64,000 nucleotides of DNA from a bacterium. GTDB taxonomy: Bacteria; Electryoneota; Electryoneia; Electryoneales; Electryoneaceae. Of this stretch, positions 28,520 to 39,489 are shown piece after piece (position 1 is the stretch's first letter; every line of letters starts with the position of its first letter). The notes beneath the pieces were generated by a model. It worked only from the letters and a program-made list of their open reading frames with translations, was not told the DNA's origin and did no database searches. Where the stretch lies: NCBI GenBank assembly GCA_963675295.2, contig CAXXKJ010000002.1, positions 1,472,001-1,536,000 of the forward strand. The letters run 5' to 3'. The position numbers and the translations under genes are program-made.

Positions 28520-31500
28520 TCACTGTTTCAACTCTACCCATCCGCGGACCTTGTCTATACACCAGTCAATCTGTTCGCGAAGCTGGTAAACCCAGAATCG
28601 TTGCACGTCCCATCCAAGTTCGATCATGCGTAGGTTACGCATCTGATCTCTTCGGCAAAGTTCACCATCCCAGGCACGGTGGTATGTTTCTCCGTCCACT
28701 TCAATGTTGAGCCGCCGGTCTCCATCGTAGAGCGCAAAATCCAGGATATACTTTTCCACCGGAACCTGCGGAACCGGTCGAAATCCAGCTTGATAAAGCT
28801 TCTTGTAAAAGTATCGTTCCCAATCCGATACAATCTCAGGCTGCGATACGGTTGGATATTCAGGTCCAAGATCAGGTATTTCTGGTCGTTTATCCACTTC
28901 GGTGCGTTTGTCTAGCTCATATACATACGAGGAAAACTGCCTCAAGTACTTGATGTCTTCGTTGTTCGCCGCATTTCTATCGCCGACGACAATCAGTGCC
29001 GCACGAGCCCGTGTTACAGCCACGTTGAATAGATTGGAGCTTGTGCCCATGAACCATCGAGCACCTCGTGTGGTTCCCGAAGAGATCACTGGTGAAAAGA
29101 TCATGATGTCCTTTTCATCACCCTGAAATGAATGAACGACATCGCAAAGGAAGTCGTGTTCATTCAACCGCTGCTGCAGGGAGTCGTTTTCGGCAACAAA
29201 CCTGTTGATAAGATTAGCGTGAGCCCGGAATGGTGTGACAACACCCACTGTCCCTGCATAACGCTGTTCGATTACAAGCCTAGCAAGTTCATCAACCACT
29301 GCCCTTGCTTCCCGCTTGTTTATTGCACCCCCATTTTGTGGCCTTAGCAACTGTCCTTTTACGTCTATCCAACGGACGGCTGGTCCCTTCAATCCAGGTC
29401 GAATTAGTCTGTCGTAGTGGGTAGCCACACGGAGCCGACCATCGTAGAAGTTGCGATTTGAAAATTCAATGATATCAGCGTGAGACCTATGGTGATCACG
29501 AAGTGCAATGAGTGTAGAAGCAGAAACACGAGTTGATGCAAGATCGAACAGTGAATTCTCTGAGTAGGACCATTCGATGTGATCTGGCACCAGCTCATGT
29601 GATTCCAGCAATTGCTCATCCATTGATGTGGTGATCGACGTGATATGTCGTAACTGCTGAGGATCACCAATGATTACTGCTCTCTTTGCCCTGTATAGCA
29701 GCGGTAAGGCGGAAGCAATGTCACACTGGCTTGCTTCGTCGATGATCAGTAGGTCGAAAAAACCGGGATCCAATGGGACTCTATTTCGTGCACTCAATGC
29801 CGTCACTGCCCAACAAGACAGTTGCCTCGTAACGTTAGGGAACAATCGGTGAAACTCCCGGGCAGTTTTCCCGATATTGCTTCCGCTACCCATCATTCGA
29901 AGTAGAGTATTGAATCGTCCGAGGTCTTGACGCTGTTCATTGGTCAAACGTGCAGGTTGGACGCTGAGCCAAAGATCCCACAGCTTTCTGGACGTCGCCT
30001 CCAGCTCAGGAATCATGCTTGCCCGCTGTCGACTCACATCTTCCAATGCTGGTTCAGAAGACAGACGTTTCAGCTGAGTGATCAATTCTTGCCATGCACG
30101 AGCCTGACGAACTCTCTCCTTTCCAAACTCATAAACTTCCTCCCATTCCGGTAGATTTGGGTCTGATTCTTCTAATACTTGTGGCAACAACACGCCAGCT
30201 TCACCGAATGCAGAAGTGTGCTCTTTCTGCCATCTGCGAAGTTGATCGATACGCCCTTTCTTTACCCATCTCCAGAACAACTGAAAAAGTAGAGCAGCCT
30301 TTTCCTTCCAACATCCGTCCAGTACAAAACGAAATTCTTTGATTACTCCATCTATCTTCTCCAGATCCCACGACTTCAACGTCGAGATCTGATCTGGTGT
30401 CAAAACGTGGCGCCAGCCATCAACTATTCTATCAAGTTCATCTACACGATTTCGCTGATGGACAATTGTATCCAATTGTTGATCGAGCGATTGGATTCGG
30501 GATAGGAGTTGTTTGTAATGCTCGAGTTCGGCATTGAATTTAGAAATGTCTTCTCCGGTACTGGATTGAGATAAGAGCTGCGTCAAATAATCAGATAGTT
30601 CTGAATAGTGTTCTTTTTTTCCTGTACGCAACAGGACCGGCCTTCTGCCAAGAGCGTTCACCCGTGTTTCGACGACATCGACCGCCTTGCTATTCTTACT
30701 TGAAAAAAGGACGCTCATTTGCCGCCAGGCAGCATTCACAAGGATGGCCGAAACCACCTGACTTTTGCCAGTACCGGGTGGGCCGGTAACGACAGTAAGT
30801 GGAGCGGCAAGTGCTGAGTGCACGGCTGTACGCTGCTCGCTGTTTAGCGGCGCTACTTCTAAGAGGACTTCACTATCTAAAGGTTCTTCAGGTATAGATT
30901 TCGTAACATGTATCCACCGCCCCAGGGCGCTCTGCCCGTATTGCTCCTTCGTTGCTTTACGCAATGCTTGTAGTTCTGTTTCAAGTCCCTGGGTGTAATT
31001 TTGGCGTTCCAATGGGATCAGGATTGCACGGTTGTAAATACCGTCTTGTGCAGCTTCCGAAAGCGGCGGTTCGTCTGTAAGGCGGTAGGGATCTGGTTCA
31101 TCCAGCCAGGGCCACTCGGGATGCAGTTCTCGGATCCGTGCAAGGACATCATCGTATTCAGGCAATTCTGCCAAGTGTCGAGTCAGACCTAGCTCTTCAG
31201 CAAGTTCGATAGATTGTTCAAGGATGGATCGCGTATTTCCACTCAACCTTGCAAGGAATTTGTGATTGATGGAAGGTGGTGCATCGTCGATGACGGGTTG
31301 TCCGTTATCGGCACTGATGAAGTGCAGAAATACAGGTTCGACCACTGCGAAGTGATTTCTGTTCGGCAGTCGAATCCAACTCACTAATACCGGATGACCA
31401 AGGCAAAGAACGTTGTTTCTTTGTGCCTGGACCTTCCCCCAAATACTGCGAGCTCTTTCTTCCAAGAATGGATCGTAGTCGCTTGTGAGAGGGTGGGCTG

Positions 31501-31843
31501 GTAATTCCATGTAGTCCGGTTCGCCATACCTGTTGCTCGCATAAGCCGATGCATCTACAGATGATTCCTGATCGATGCAGGAAAGGAAGTATCGACATAA
31601 CTGGCTTAATGGTGTGTTTGCATCATCAGGTTCGCTTTTCTGTTTCTGTCCGACCGAACGACTTCCGGCTATCCACCAGCGGTAGTGATCATCTCTTTCT
31701 ACTTTGCCCCGTAACTGCCCGTAAAGAACACTGTTTACCAGACTCTTATCCTCATCTAGCTCTACCGCGATCTCTCGGGCAGTTCGGCCAGAGTGCTGCT
31801 CAAGGACAGAGATGATCTTCTCGCTGAGATCAGGCTGAGCCAT
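28520..31843 (-). CDS. SF1B (Upf1/DNA2-like) helicase with N-terminal wHTH and C-terminal DUF559/Vsr-like endonuclease
   Basis: GPPGTGKS, IIDEASQ, GDPQQL, HHRSH, VHSFQGDE, NVAVTRA; YILDFAL...IEVDGETYH...RDQMRN...GWDVQRFW. ATG overlaps the end of zorD. Confidence 0.9.
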   Translation of the reverse strand: MAQPDLSEKIISVLEQHSGRTAREIAVELDEDKSLVNSVLYGQLRGKVERDDHYRWWIAGSRSVGQKQKSEPDDANTPLSQLCRYFLSCIDQESSVDASAYASNRYGEPDYMELPAHPLTSDYDPFLEERARSIWGKVQAQRNNVLCLGHPVLVSWIRLPNRNHFAVVEPVFLHFISADNGQPVIDDAPPSINHKFLARLSGNTRSILEQSIELAEELGLTRHLAELPEYDDVLARIRELHPEWPWLDEPDPYRLTDEPPLSEAAQDGIYNRAILIPLERQNYTQGLETELQALRKATKEQYGQSALGRWIHVTKSIPEEPLDSEVLLEVAPLNSEQRTAVHSALAAPLTVVTGPPGTGKSQVVSAILVNAAWRQMSVLFSSKNSKAVDVVETRVNALGRRPVLLRTGKKEHYSELSDYLTQLLSQSSTGEDISKFNAELEHYKQLLSRIQSLDQQLDTIVHQRNRVDELDRIVDGWRHVLTPDQISTLKSWDLEKIDGVIKEFRFVLDGCWKEKAALLFQLFWRWVKKGRIDQLRRWQKEHTSAFGEAGVLLPQVLEESDPNLPEWEEVYEFGKERVRQARAWQELITQLKRLSSEPALEDVSRQRASMIPELEATSRKLWDLWLSVQPARLTNEQRQDLGRFNTLLRMMGSGSNIGKTAREFHRLFPNVTRQLSCWAVTALSARNRVPLDPGFFDLLIIDEASQCDIASALPLLYRAKRAVIIGDPQQLRHITSITTSMDEQLLESHELVPDHIEWSYSENSLFDLASTRVSASTLIALRDHHRSHADIIEFSNRNFYDGRLRVATHYDRLIRPGLKGPAVRWIDVKGQLLRPQNGGAINKREARAVVDELARLVIEQRYAGTVGVVTPFRAHANLINRFVAENDSLQQRLNEHDFLCDVVHSFQGDEKDIMIFSPVISSGTTRGARWFMGTSSNLFNVAVTRARAALIVVGDRNAANNEDIKYLRQFSSYVYELDKRTEVDKRPEIPDLGPEYPTVSQPEIVSDWERYFYKKLYQAGFRPVPQVPVEKYILDFALYDGDRRLNIEVDGETYHRAWDGELCRRDQMRNLRMIELGWDVQRFWVYQLREQIDWCIDKVRGWVELKQ

Positions 31844-34800
31844 GGGCTTCGACGTCCGTTGCAAAGTCAGTTGGTGGTAACTTTGTCCACGCTTCCACCT
31901 CATCATCGGATGCGGTAGTTGGCATGAAATCAGTCGCTTTGATGTTAAGTTTATCAATCCAGTGCTGGAGATCTTCCTTATTCAGTATTGTTACATCCAA
32001 ATCGGCTGGTCGCACAAATTCAGGACCTGCACCAGTAGTGATAACCATCAGATCACCCCTGAATCCCCTGACAGCTTCGAGGTCGCGGCCTAGTCGCTCC
32101 TCAAAGCTGTTGTGTCTAGCATCCCGATCTCCTAGATGGATTACCACCCATCCTGTACTCTGATTTCCATTGCCTCTGACAACCAGATCCACCAACAAAA
32201 GACCTTCATCACTTCCAGGGATGGTTTGTCTGCCTTCGCGTTCAAGAAGCAGTTGAACCAGCAGGCACATCTTTTGGCGGTCCTGTAACTCCAGTTGCTC
32301 CAAGGTCAATGGTTTTTCTTCTGGAAGAATCTCGACCGCGAGTGCTTCTTTAAGCTCATCGGCACGCACCGTTGTCATGGCTGTCGGAGTTATCACATTC
32401 TTCATCAAACCGCGTTTCCAAGTCAACAGATCATGTAATCGTTCCTCAACTGTTTTCCATGTGCCATCTGGAGACGTTGTCATGGGATAGTAGACTGTTA
32501 CGTCTTTCGTTTGTCCGATACGATACACACGGTCAGTCGCTTGACTTTCTTTTGCAGGATTCCACAATCGTGTGTAATGAATGACATGGTTGGCCGCCAC
32601 AATGTTTAAACCCATACCAGCCACATCTGGAGACAAGATCAGCACGGCGAATCCATCCCTGTGCTGGAAATGATCAACCTTCTTCTTTCGACCTGCAACA
32701 GGAGTATCACCATTCAGAATTCCGACGACAATCCCAGATCCGAACTCGTGTTCAATCGCAAGTTGAAGGATCATCTGCATACGTTTCAAACGTGTAAAGA
32801 TGAGTACTTTTTCGCCTTTCTTTTGGATATCCCTTAACCATTTAATTGTCTGGGTCAGCTTAGGGGACTCTTCGATAAGATCGCGTACCTCCCTCATGGT
32901 TAAGTCGGAACGTGACAGTAGTGCAGGATGATCAGACAGCATCAGAAGGCTGATCAATACACCAAGCGTTTGACGGGGTTCATCGGTGGCAATACGCACA
33001 TACGTACCGTATAGTGAAAGCTGACGTGGAGACAATGGTAACGGTTTAGGCTCTTCTTTCTTTATAGGTAGATCGGGAAGATGTTCTTCCTTTGTACGCC
33101 GTAAAAGTAGTTTCTCTTCGTCAAATTTTGTTTTGAGTTCATCCAAGTAGTTTTCCGGAATAGTTTGACTCGGTTTGGCTGCATACTTTTTTTCAAACTC
33201 TTTCTGGCTTTCCAGCAATCCAGGACGTGCAAAGTCAGTCAAGCACCATAGGTCGACAAGAGAGTTTTCGACTGGTGTAGCCGTACACACAATACGGCGG
33301 CGTCCTTGCATAGCTTTTACTGCATTTGTAACAAGTGTAGTTGGATTTTTAATTCGTTGAGCTTCATCGCAGATGATCGCCTCGAATTGAATACTCCCGA
33401 GACTGATCTGGTACGCACGAACAGCTTCGTAATGACATACTACAATACCCGCCTCACGGATCAGGTTTAGTCCTTTCTCTGTCAGGGCATTGCACCGGAC
33501 CGATCGTTCTTCACCGTCTTTTGTCCGAACGATTGATTTCTTCGTTCGGAAATCCGGTCTGCTAAAAAACTCTGAATCCAACACCAGTAGACGCTTTTGG
33601 ACCTGACTACTAAATCGAATCGTGATTTCTTCGCGCCAAACATCAACCACACTTAGCGGAGCAATCACGAGGAATGGCCCCTTTGCGCCAGATTCAATAG
33701 CCTGAATCATATAGGACAGCACCTGCAGGGTTTTCCCTAGCCCCATGTCGTCCGCCAAGATCCCGCCAGTCTTTCCCCGATGAACGCTTTGTAACCATGC
33801 CAATCCATACAACTGGTGAGGGAAAAGGGTGATCTCTGGTAACAACGATGTCGGTTGCAGTGGGGGATCCATTCCTGGTGGCGTTCTGCCATCCTGGAAT
33901 TCAGTAGAATCAAGGTTGGTTGAGATCAACAAGTGCTTCGGAGTATCATCTTCGCCAGGATCTTTCTTTTCTGTGATCGCCAGCCCCTCTTCCGAGAGCT
34001 CTATCTCCTTGGTGCGAATCAACCACTCAATGAGTCGATCATCACGTTCGAATAGCTGTCCCTTGTATTCGAGTTCGCTAGACTCACAGGCCACGGCTTC
34101 TTGCAAAGCTGTGCGAAGTTCTTGGATATCATCTAGTGATTCAATACGTATCTGTCTCGCCGGAAGAAGTCCAACTTCTGGATCGAGCTCTAGAACAAGC
34201 TCATCCCATTGTTGGGACATACCCCCGCCTCCTGGCGGCGGATTTGTCCTGAACAGTAGACTACCAATATCCACTACACGGGTTGAATATTGCTCCAGAT
34301 CAAACACTGGGGATTCAAGGAAAAGACCAGGATTTTGATGAAACATCCGGGCTTCATCAGGAGTCAATTGCCCCTTATCCTTCAGCTCTTTGATACCATA
34401 CCGAACAGGCTCTTCCATCAACACGCGCACCGGTTTTCCTCCACTCCGAGTGCCGTGAAAAGGAAGATCCGGTCTGCTTAGGCCTCGTCTTGTGAATCCT
34501 TCAACAGCGTCTGGTGGAATCACCGGTTTTGCAGGTTCATCGGGTTGGTCATCCGGTCTGTGTCCTGGAATAGGGATAATTTCAGCCGATCCATCTTCGT
34601 GTGGTTTTAAGACGGGAATGATTGCGTTGGGTTCGACGACTTGCTCTGCATCAATGAATTTGCTGACCTTGGCACCCGCAGCCTCTGCCAGTTCCTTGAC
34701 ACGTTTGAATTGCTTCAGGTTGTGAGCCATGACATCTGCTGGCGACAAATCCTCAGCTGGAGGATTTGCGTTCGCCGCCTGAACCGCACTAACCATCTGG

Positions 34801-35183
34801 TGCTGTTTCAAAGTCAGTCGGTATGCAAGCTGTCCGATCATCACTTGGCCCTGGTTCAGACCGGCATCCGTCAGCTCAACGCCGTCCTTCCCTATCAAGC
34901 GGATGCGGTAGCGGAAGTCTTTGTCTTTGAAATTGCCGATATCTTCAAGACGCAATTTCCCAGGAAATTTTGGTGGCCAACCAAGCAGATCAATCTGTTC
35001 GTCATCCAAACTGAGCAGACGACTGACAGTAGTTTGCCAAACCCCATCCACAACCTCAGCCGTCCCGTTTGCCTCCATCACTTTCATGATTGCAATACGG
35101 CGCGATCCAAGAAAGGATTCAGGATTATTAATAGAAATCGATATTTTATCTGTGTGGTCTTCGAACGTGTCGATAGGAATCAC
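31830..35183 (-). CDS. zorD: Zorya ZorD, SNF2 helicase with degenerate Mrr-like C-terminus
   Basis: LADDMGLGKT, CDEAQ, TATPVEN, WNPAKESQATDRVYRIGQ; follows zorABC. Confidence 0.85.
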   Translation of the reverse strand: MIPIDTFEDHTDKISISINNPESFLGSRRIAIMKVMEANGTAEVVDGVWQTTVSRLLSLDDEQIDLLGWPPKFPGKLRLEDIGNFKDKDFRYRIRLIGKDGVELTDAGLNQGQVMIGQLAYRLTLKQHQMVSAVQAANANPPAEDLSPADVMAHNLKQFKRVKELAEAAGAKVSKFIDAEQVVEPNAIIPVLKPHEDGSAEIIPIPGHRPDDQPDEPAKPVIPPDAVEGFTRRGLSRPDLPFHGTRSGGKPVRVLMEEPVRYGIKELKDKGQLTPDEARMFHQNPGLFLESPVFDLEQYSTRVVDIGSLLFRTNPPPGGGGMSQQWDELVLELDPEVGLLPARQIRIESLDDIQELRTALQEAVACESSELEYKGQLFERDDRLIEWLIRTKEIELSEEGLAITEKKDPGEDDTPKHLLISTNLDSTEFQDGRTPPGMDPPLQPTSLLPEITLFPHQLYGLAWLQSVHRGKTGGILADDMGLGKTLQVLSYMIQAIESGAKGPFLVIAPLSVVDVWREEITIRFSSQVQKRLLVLDSEFFSRPDFRTKKSIVRTKDGEERSVRCNALTEKGLNLIREAGIVVCHYEAVRAYQISLGSIQFEAIICDEAQRIKNPTTLVTNAVKAMQGRRRIVCTATPVENSLVDLWCLTDFARPGLLESQKEFEKKYAAKPSQTIPENYLDELKTKFDEEKLLLRRTKEEHLPDLPIKKEEPKPLPLSPRQLSLYGTYVRIATDEPRQTLGVLISLLMLSDHPALLSRSDLTMREVRDLIEESPKLTQTIKWLRDIQKKGEKVLIFTRLKRMQMILQLAIEHEFGSGIVVGILNGDTPVAGRKKKVDHFQHRDGFAVLILSPDVAGMGLNIVAANHVIHYTRLWNPAKESQATDRVYRIGQTKDVTVYYPMTTSPDGTWKTVEERLHDLLTWKRGLMKNVITPTAMTTVRADELKEALAVEILPEEKPLTLEQLELQDRQKMCLLVQLLLEREGRQTIPGSDEGLLLVDLVVRGNGNQSTGWVVIHLGDRDARHNSFEERLGRDLEAVRGFRGDLMVITTGAGPEFVRPADLDVTILNKEDLQHWIDKLNIKATDFMPTTASDDEVEAWTKLPPTDFATDVEAHGSA

Positions 35184-36475
35184 ATGTGCCCCCGGATATG
35201 GGATTCAACAACTTGCTGCCAACCTGGGACGTGACGCTTGTAGAACCAACCCTCCGGCAAATTCAAGAAGAAGCCCGGATGATCCAGCATAGGACCTTTG
35301 TAGTCTCTGGGAACGTCAAACTGGGTATCCCATTGAATAGGTCCATTATCTGGATAGATATACACCCCCGCCTCACCATGCCTGCAGGAATCGAGCAGAA
35401 TCAACCTGCCTATCTTTATCATGATTGTGGGTAAGGATAAGGGAGATAATTGAAAATCCAAGTGTTGTCTCAGATGGTTCACCCGATAACTTTCTACAAA
35501 AAAACGTAAATCATCCACCAAATTGCTCAAACGTAGATAAAACATCTTTCGATCAGGATCTTCCACAAGCTCATCTAGGAATCGTTTGATATTTTTTCGA
35601 ACCAACCAATTCCACAATTTTTTCCTTGCACTTTCTATCAGATTAGGATTTTTCCAACCCCCAATATTTTGTCTACTTCCGAATTGATCCTTCGCAAACC
35701 AAGCAAAACTATCATTGTCGCTTAACCATTCGACATTTTGACAATAGTGACTAATGACTTTCGCAAAAGTGTCTTGATTTGCTTCGTGTAACAACCCCAA
35801 TCTAACCGGGTGACGATTGTCAAAACTGAAGTCACCCAACAATTCATGCTGAAATTCTTCGATCCGGCCATGAGAAAAAATGGATTCACAAACCTCAGCA
35901 AGGACCCACGAACCGAACTCTGTATTTCCTAAGGCTAGATCATGCCATCTATCTTTCAGACCTTGTCCTTCATGTACCAGCTGCTCCGCGACTTTGCCTG
36001 CAGATGGACAATACGGAAGAATAGTCCGCAATCGATTTAACAATGGAGTTTCATATTGTGGTTGCAAAGCAACGTTTCGGATACGATCAAGCAGGCTTTC
36101 ATGCTCTGGTTTCTGATACCAGAGCTTCACAGCAGGCATCAGCCACGAGTTGTACCAGCGCTCATGAAGAAGGGTGTCTAATACGTGTTCTGCTACTGCC
36201 CTAGCTTGGTTCAGATAAGGATATTCTTCCAAAGGAACTGAAGGCCAACCCTCGACAAATTCAAAGAGAAGCAGGCGAACCTCCCTAGTTCGTCTGTACC
36301 AGCGTTCAATCAGATCCGACTCACTGAATCGATCGACATCCCGTTCTAGTATCCTGAGAACTTCTAACGCCTTCATCTCCGGCGGTGGTTCAGTTTCCGC
36401 AGCCTCAAGCTTCCGTGCAATTTGGCGAAGCTTGACTGGCTCAACGTTGATTTTCACTTCGAAGGGTCTCAACAT
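35180..36475 (-). CDS. zorC: Zorya ZorC (EH-signature-like)
   Basis: Between zorB and the SNF2 gene; LWNWL...IKRF...DPDRKMFY; C-terminal LLDS..HGEAGVYIY...RHVPGWQ. Confidence 0.75.
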   Translation of the reverse strand: MLRPFEVKINVEPVKLRQIARKLEAAETEPPPEMKALEVLRILERDVDRFSESDLIERWYRRTREVRLLLFEFVEGWPSVPLEEYPYLNQARAVAEHVLDTLLHERWYNSWLMPAVKLWYQKPEHESLLDRIRNVALQPQYETPLLNRLRTILPYCPSAGKVAEQLVHEGQGLKDRWHDLALGNTEFGSWVLAEVCESIFSHGRIEEFQHELLGDFSFDNRHPVRLGLLHEANQDTFAKVISHYCQNVEWLSDNDSFAWFAKDQFGSRQNIGGWKNPNLIESARKKLWNWLVRKNIKRFLDELVEDPDRKMFYLRLSNLVDDLRFFVESYRVNHLRQHLDFQLSPLSLPTIMIKIGRLILLDSCRHGEAGVYIYPDNGPIQWDTQFDVPRDYKGPMLDHPGFFLNLPEGWFYKRHVPGWQQVVESHIRGHM

Positions 36476-36477
36476 GT

Positions 36478-37281
36478 TTAATTCTCCTGAAGAATCTTGC
36501 GAATATCTTCGAGGTATTGTTCGTCATTAAGTCTGAATTTGAATTCTACACGACGGGATTTTTCAAAATCTATGTTTGTTGAATTTGAATTCAATTTCCC
36601 TGTTTCGATCAGGGAATACGGTACTACTTGAATGCGATGGTTTAAAGAATCGACAAGTTCGGAATAACTACGACCGTTTGCCGTTAAACGTTCTTTCAAT
36701 GGTATCTCGTAGTCCTGAAGGTAGATCAATCGATTGTTTTTTGCGTCATAGTTTGCATTTAGAATGTGCCTTGCTACTTCCAGAGCTCGACGTTGGCTGA
36801 GCTCAAGGTTATAATCGTAGGACTGCGCAAATCGGCTATAACTTGTTCCGCTTTGGGGCTGAGGGTCGGTATGTCCTTCGATGATGATTTGAGTGACTTC
36901 ATTCCGAAAGTCAGGGGAAAGTAAAACATGCAAATAGATCGGGATAAACTGGTCTATAGTGTCAAGACCAGCCTTTGTCAACTCGCTCTCACCCGTGGCA
37001 AAAAGTATGTCGCTGGATAATTTGATTGCACCTGTCTGTTGATCCACCTCAATCTTAACTCCTTCTTCATCAAAAGCAGCACGAAGTCTTTTTATAATCT
37101 CATCCTTGATCACTGTGATTCGTTCCGCGCGATCACGTTGCACGTCTACTTCCCGTTGCAAACGTAGCATGGTAACGACCAACAACAAGATGAACATCAA
37201 TAACAAAGCTGCCATCAAATCACTGAATGACAACAGGAATGGGTTTTCAGACGTTTCGGCCTCTTTCGAATGATACCACAT
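36478..37281 (-). CDS. zorB: Zorya ZorB (MotB/OmpA family)
   Basis: TM SFSDLMAALLLMFILLL with conserved Asp; IIIEGHTD, NLELSQRRA, SRRVEFKF. Confidence 0.92.
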   Translation of the reverse strand: MWYHSKEAETSENPFLLSFSDLMAALLLMFILLLVVTMLRLQREVDVQRDRAERITVIKDEIIKRLRAAFDEEGVKIEVDQQTGAIKLSSDILFATGESELTKAGLDTIDQFIPIYLHVLLSPDFRNEVTQIIIEGHTDPQPQSGTSYSRFAQSYDYNLELSQRRALEVARHILNANYDAKNNRLIYLQDYEIPLKERLTANGRSYSELVDSLNHRIQVVPYSLIETGKLNSNSTNIDFEKSRRVEFKFRLNDEQYLEDIRKILQEN

Positions 37282-37284
37282 GAA

Positions 37285-39222
37285 TTACTCCCTGCCGATG
37301 GGCTCATTAGCATCAGTAATACCCCGACCATTCTTATCGAGACCGTCCAACAACCCTGCAAAGGCACCTTCAAGTTGATCAATTGATGAGCGTAGGCTTC
37401 CTGCAACGCGTGACATCTCTCTATCATAGTTTACAAGGTTTTCTGTAATAGCATTGTTCACTCTCTCTGTGAAATCTCTGATGCCATTTTTGATCGCTTC
37501 GTCAAGCTCTTCAAATCCTTCCGCATGAGTATTCCATAGATCAGCCGCTTTCTGTACTGCTTGGTTGAAGTTTTCAATTACTTGTCCCTGCTCGGTGATC
37601 GTTTGACTTAATTTAGCGTTTATGTCAGCTCCTTTGTGAACTACGTTAGATGCATCTTCCATCATCTTTTGAACTGCCGCAACTCGATCTGCTGTGTCAG
37701 CATTGGCTTGGATTATGGAATCTGTAGCAAGCTTCGAATTCTCGAGTAATGATTCTGCTTTTTCTGCGAAGTCTCCCAGATCGTCCATCACTCCTTGGAA
37801 ATCACGTGCCGCGTCAGCCAACAGCGTTGCCTGTTGATCGAATTGACTCATCGTCGTTCGCACACTGGTCATGATCTCACTGAACTCTTCTGCCAGATGC
37901 TCCTGTCGCCCGATAGTGTCCAGAATGGAGCGGGCCTTCACTTCGGCCTGTTCCATTGCTGAGGACAACGTCACAGCAACTTCATTAGCTCGATCCACTG
38001 CAGACGTGACTTCATCCATAGATGTGGAGAGGGTTGCTGCTGCAGCAACCTGTCGTTCATTGTGTGCTTCTAAGTCGGTGAACCGTTCTCCAAGCTGATT
38101 GCCAACCTGCCTGAGTTGCCCCATTAACTCCAGCTGAAAATTAGAGGCATCCTCAAGGCGGCTACGTGCTTCAGCAGTTGCCTCTTCGTTCAGAATCGCA
38201 CCTTCTTCAAACTTTTCACGCGTTTGGTTCATCTGCTCAAGGATTGTATTCATCACATTTGCGCTATTCCCGATTGTGTCCGCAGCTTCTGCGAGTGATT
38301 CAGCCAGACGTTCCCTTTGTGCTCCAGCAGCACCTTCCATTGCAACCGCGAACTTGGCCACCATCTGTTCAAGAGCGTCTTGGTTCATTCCGGCTAGCTT
38401 ATCAGCCATCGCATCCATCGATTCCTTAAGCCCCTCAATAGCTGGCTTGAGGTTCTCGTCCATGGCAGAGTTGAACGATTCCGTGAGGGGATCGACTAGG
38501 GCTTCTGCAAGATCGTTCGCGAGTGATTTTGACGTCTGCACCAGTTCATCGGTGCGTTCGAGCTGCCTCCGATTGAAGTCTTCAATGCTTCGTAGGTACA
38601 TCTCAGGAGTGTGACGGATGAAAAGGTAGTCGATTCGGTCGATGATTTTATTGTATTGCATCCGAAGTTGATGATCAGCCGTGTTCCCGACCGACCGTAG
38701 AACCAAGGAGAGCAAGATTCCGACAGCTGAGGTAGCAAAAGCTATCCAGATCCCGCCGATCATCTGCGTTGTAGCCTCTACCAGGTCGTCGGCATTGCCC
38801 AAGTTCAGACGAAAAAGGCCGATCATCAAACCAACGAACGTTCCAAGGATCCCAAGCCCTGTCAGAGATTGAGGACCACTACGCCATATCTCGCGATCCA
38901 CATCTTTAAAAAGCAACTCGTGTTCGTTCAGGAATTCGCGTGGATTGACGGCGTTGTGTACATGATCGCCTTGAGTAGTCAGGCACTCTTTGAATTCGCG
39001 CCAGGCATCACCAAATCCGTGGATTTCAAGAAACTTGGTGCTAACATCCTCGAGATCTGTAGCGATCGTTTCGCGAGTGTATGGTTGAAGAATCGACTCA
39101 ATTTTCTGGAGACGTGCAAGTACTTTTAGACGGTGTCGGCTGAGACGAATGAGGTTCAGGATAAACCAGACGACGATGACAAGTACAAATGCTGCCGTGA
39201 CAGCGAGTGACCAAGGCTGCAT
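37285..39222 (-). CDS. zorA: Zorya ZorA (MotA/ExbB-like with long helical tail)
   Basis: N-terminal TM, AWREFKECL, LTGLGILGTFVGL, AFATSAVGI, then a >400-aa heptad-rich tail. Confidence 0.92.
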   Translation of the reverse strand: MQPWSLAVTAAFVLVIVVWFILNLIRLSRHRLKVLARLQKIESILQPYTRETIATDLEDVSTKFLEIHGFGDAWREFKECLTTQGDHVHNAVNPREFLNEHELLFKDVDREIWRSGPQSLTGLGILGTFVGLMIGLFRLNLGNADDLVEATTQMIGGIWIAFATSAVGILLSLVLRSVGNTADHQLRMQYNKIIDRIDYLFIRHTPEMYLRSIEDFNRRQLERTDELVQTSKSLANDLAEALVDPLTESFNSAMDENLKPAIEGLKESMDAMADKLAGMNQDALEQMVAKFAVAMEGAAGAQRERLAESLAEAADTIGNSANVMNTILEQMNQTREKFEEGAILNEEATAEARSRLEDASNFQLELMGQLRQVGNQLGERFTDLEAHNERQVAAAATLSTSMDEVTSAVDRANEVAVTLSSAMEQAEVKARSILDTIGRQEHLAEEFSEIMTSVRTTMSQFDQQATLLADAARDFQGVMDDLGDFAEKAESLLENSKLATDSIIQANADTADRVAAVQKMMEDASNVVHKGADINAKLSQTITEQGQVIENFNQAVQKAADLWNTHAEGFEELDEAIKNGIRDFTERVNNAITENLVNYDREMSRVAGSLRSSIDQLEGAFAGLLDGLDKNGRGITDANEPIGRE

Positions 39223-39489
39223 GTTTTCCCCCGCGACAATACTCTACGAAACCGATTATGAAATATAGTAGTTCCGAAACAGCCTAACACGTCGACTCTC
39301 TTGAAAAAGTAGTGGAATCAACCTCTAGGAGAAATGATGACGGAGAAAATGGAATATCTGCGAAGTAATGGAAGATAAGCTTTGGCGATCACTAAGCAGC
39401 TGTCTACTGTCTTCCAAACGTCAAGTCACAGCCGCCAAGCCGCGGTTTGACTTGTTCTGGCTGGTGCAAATCCGTATTCGGTAGGGCCG

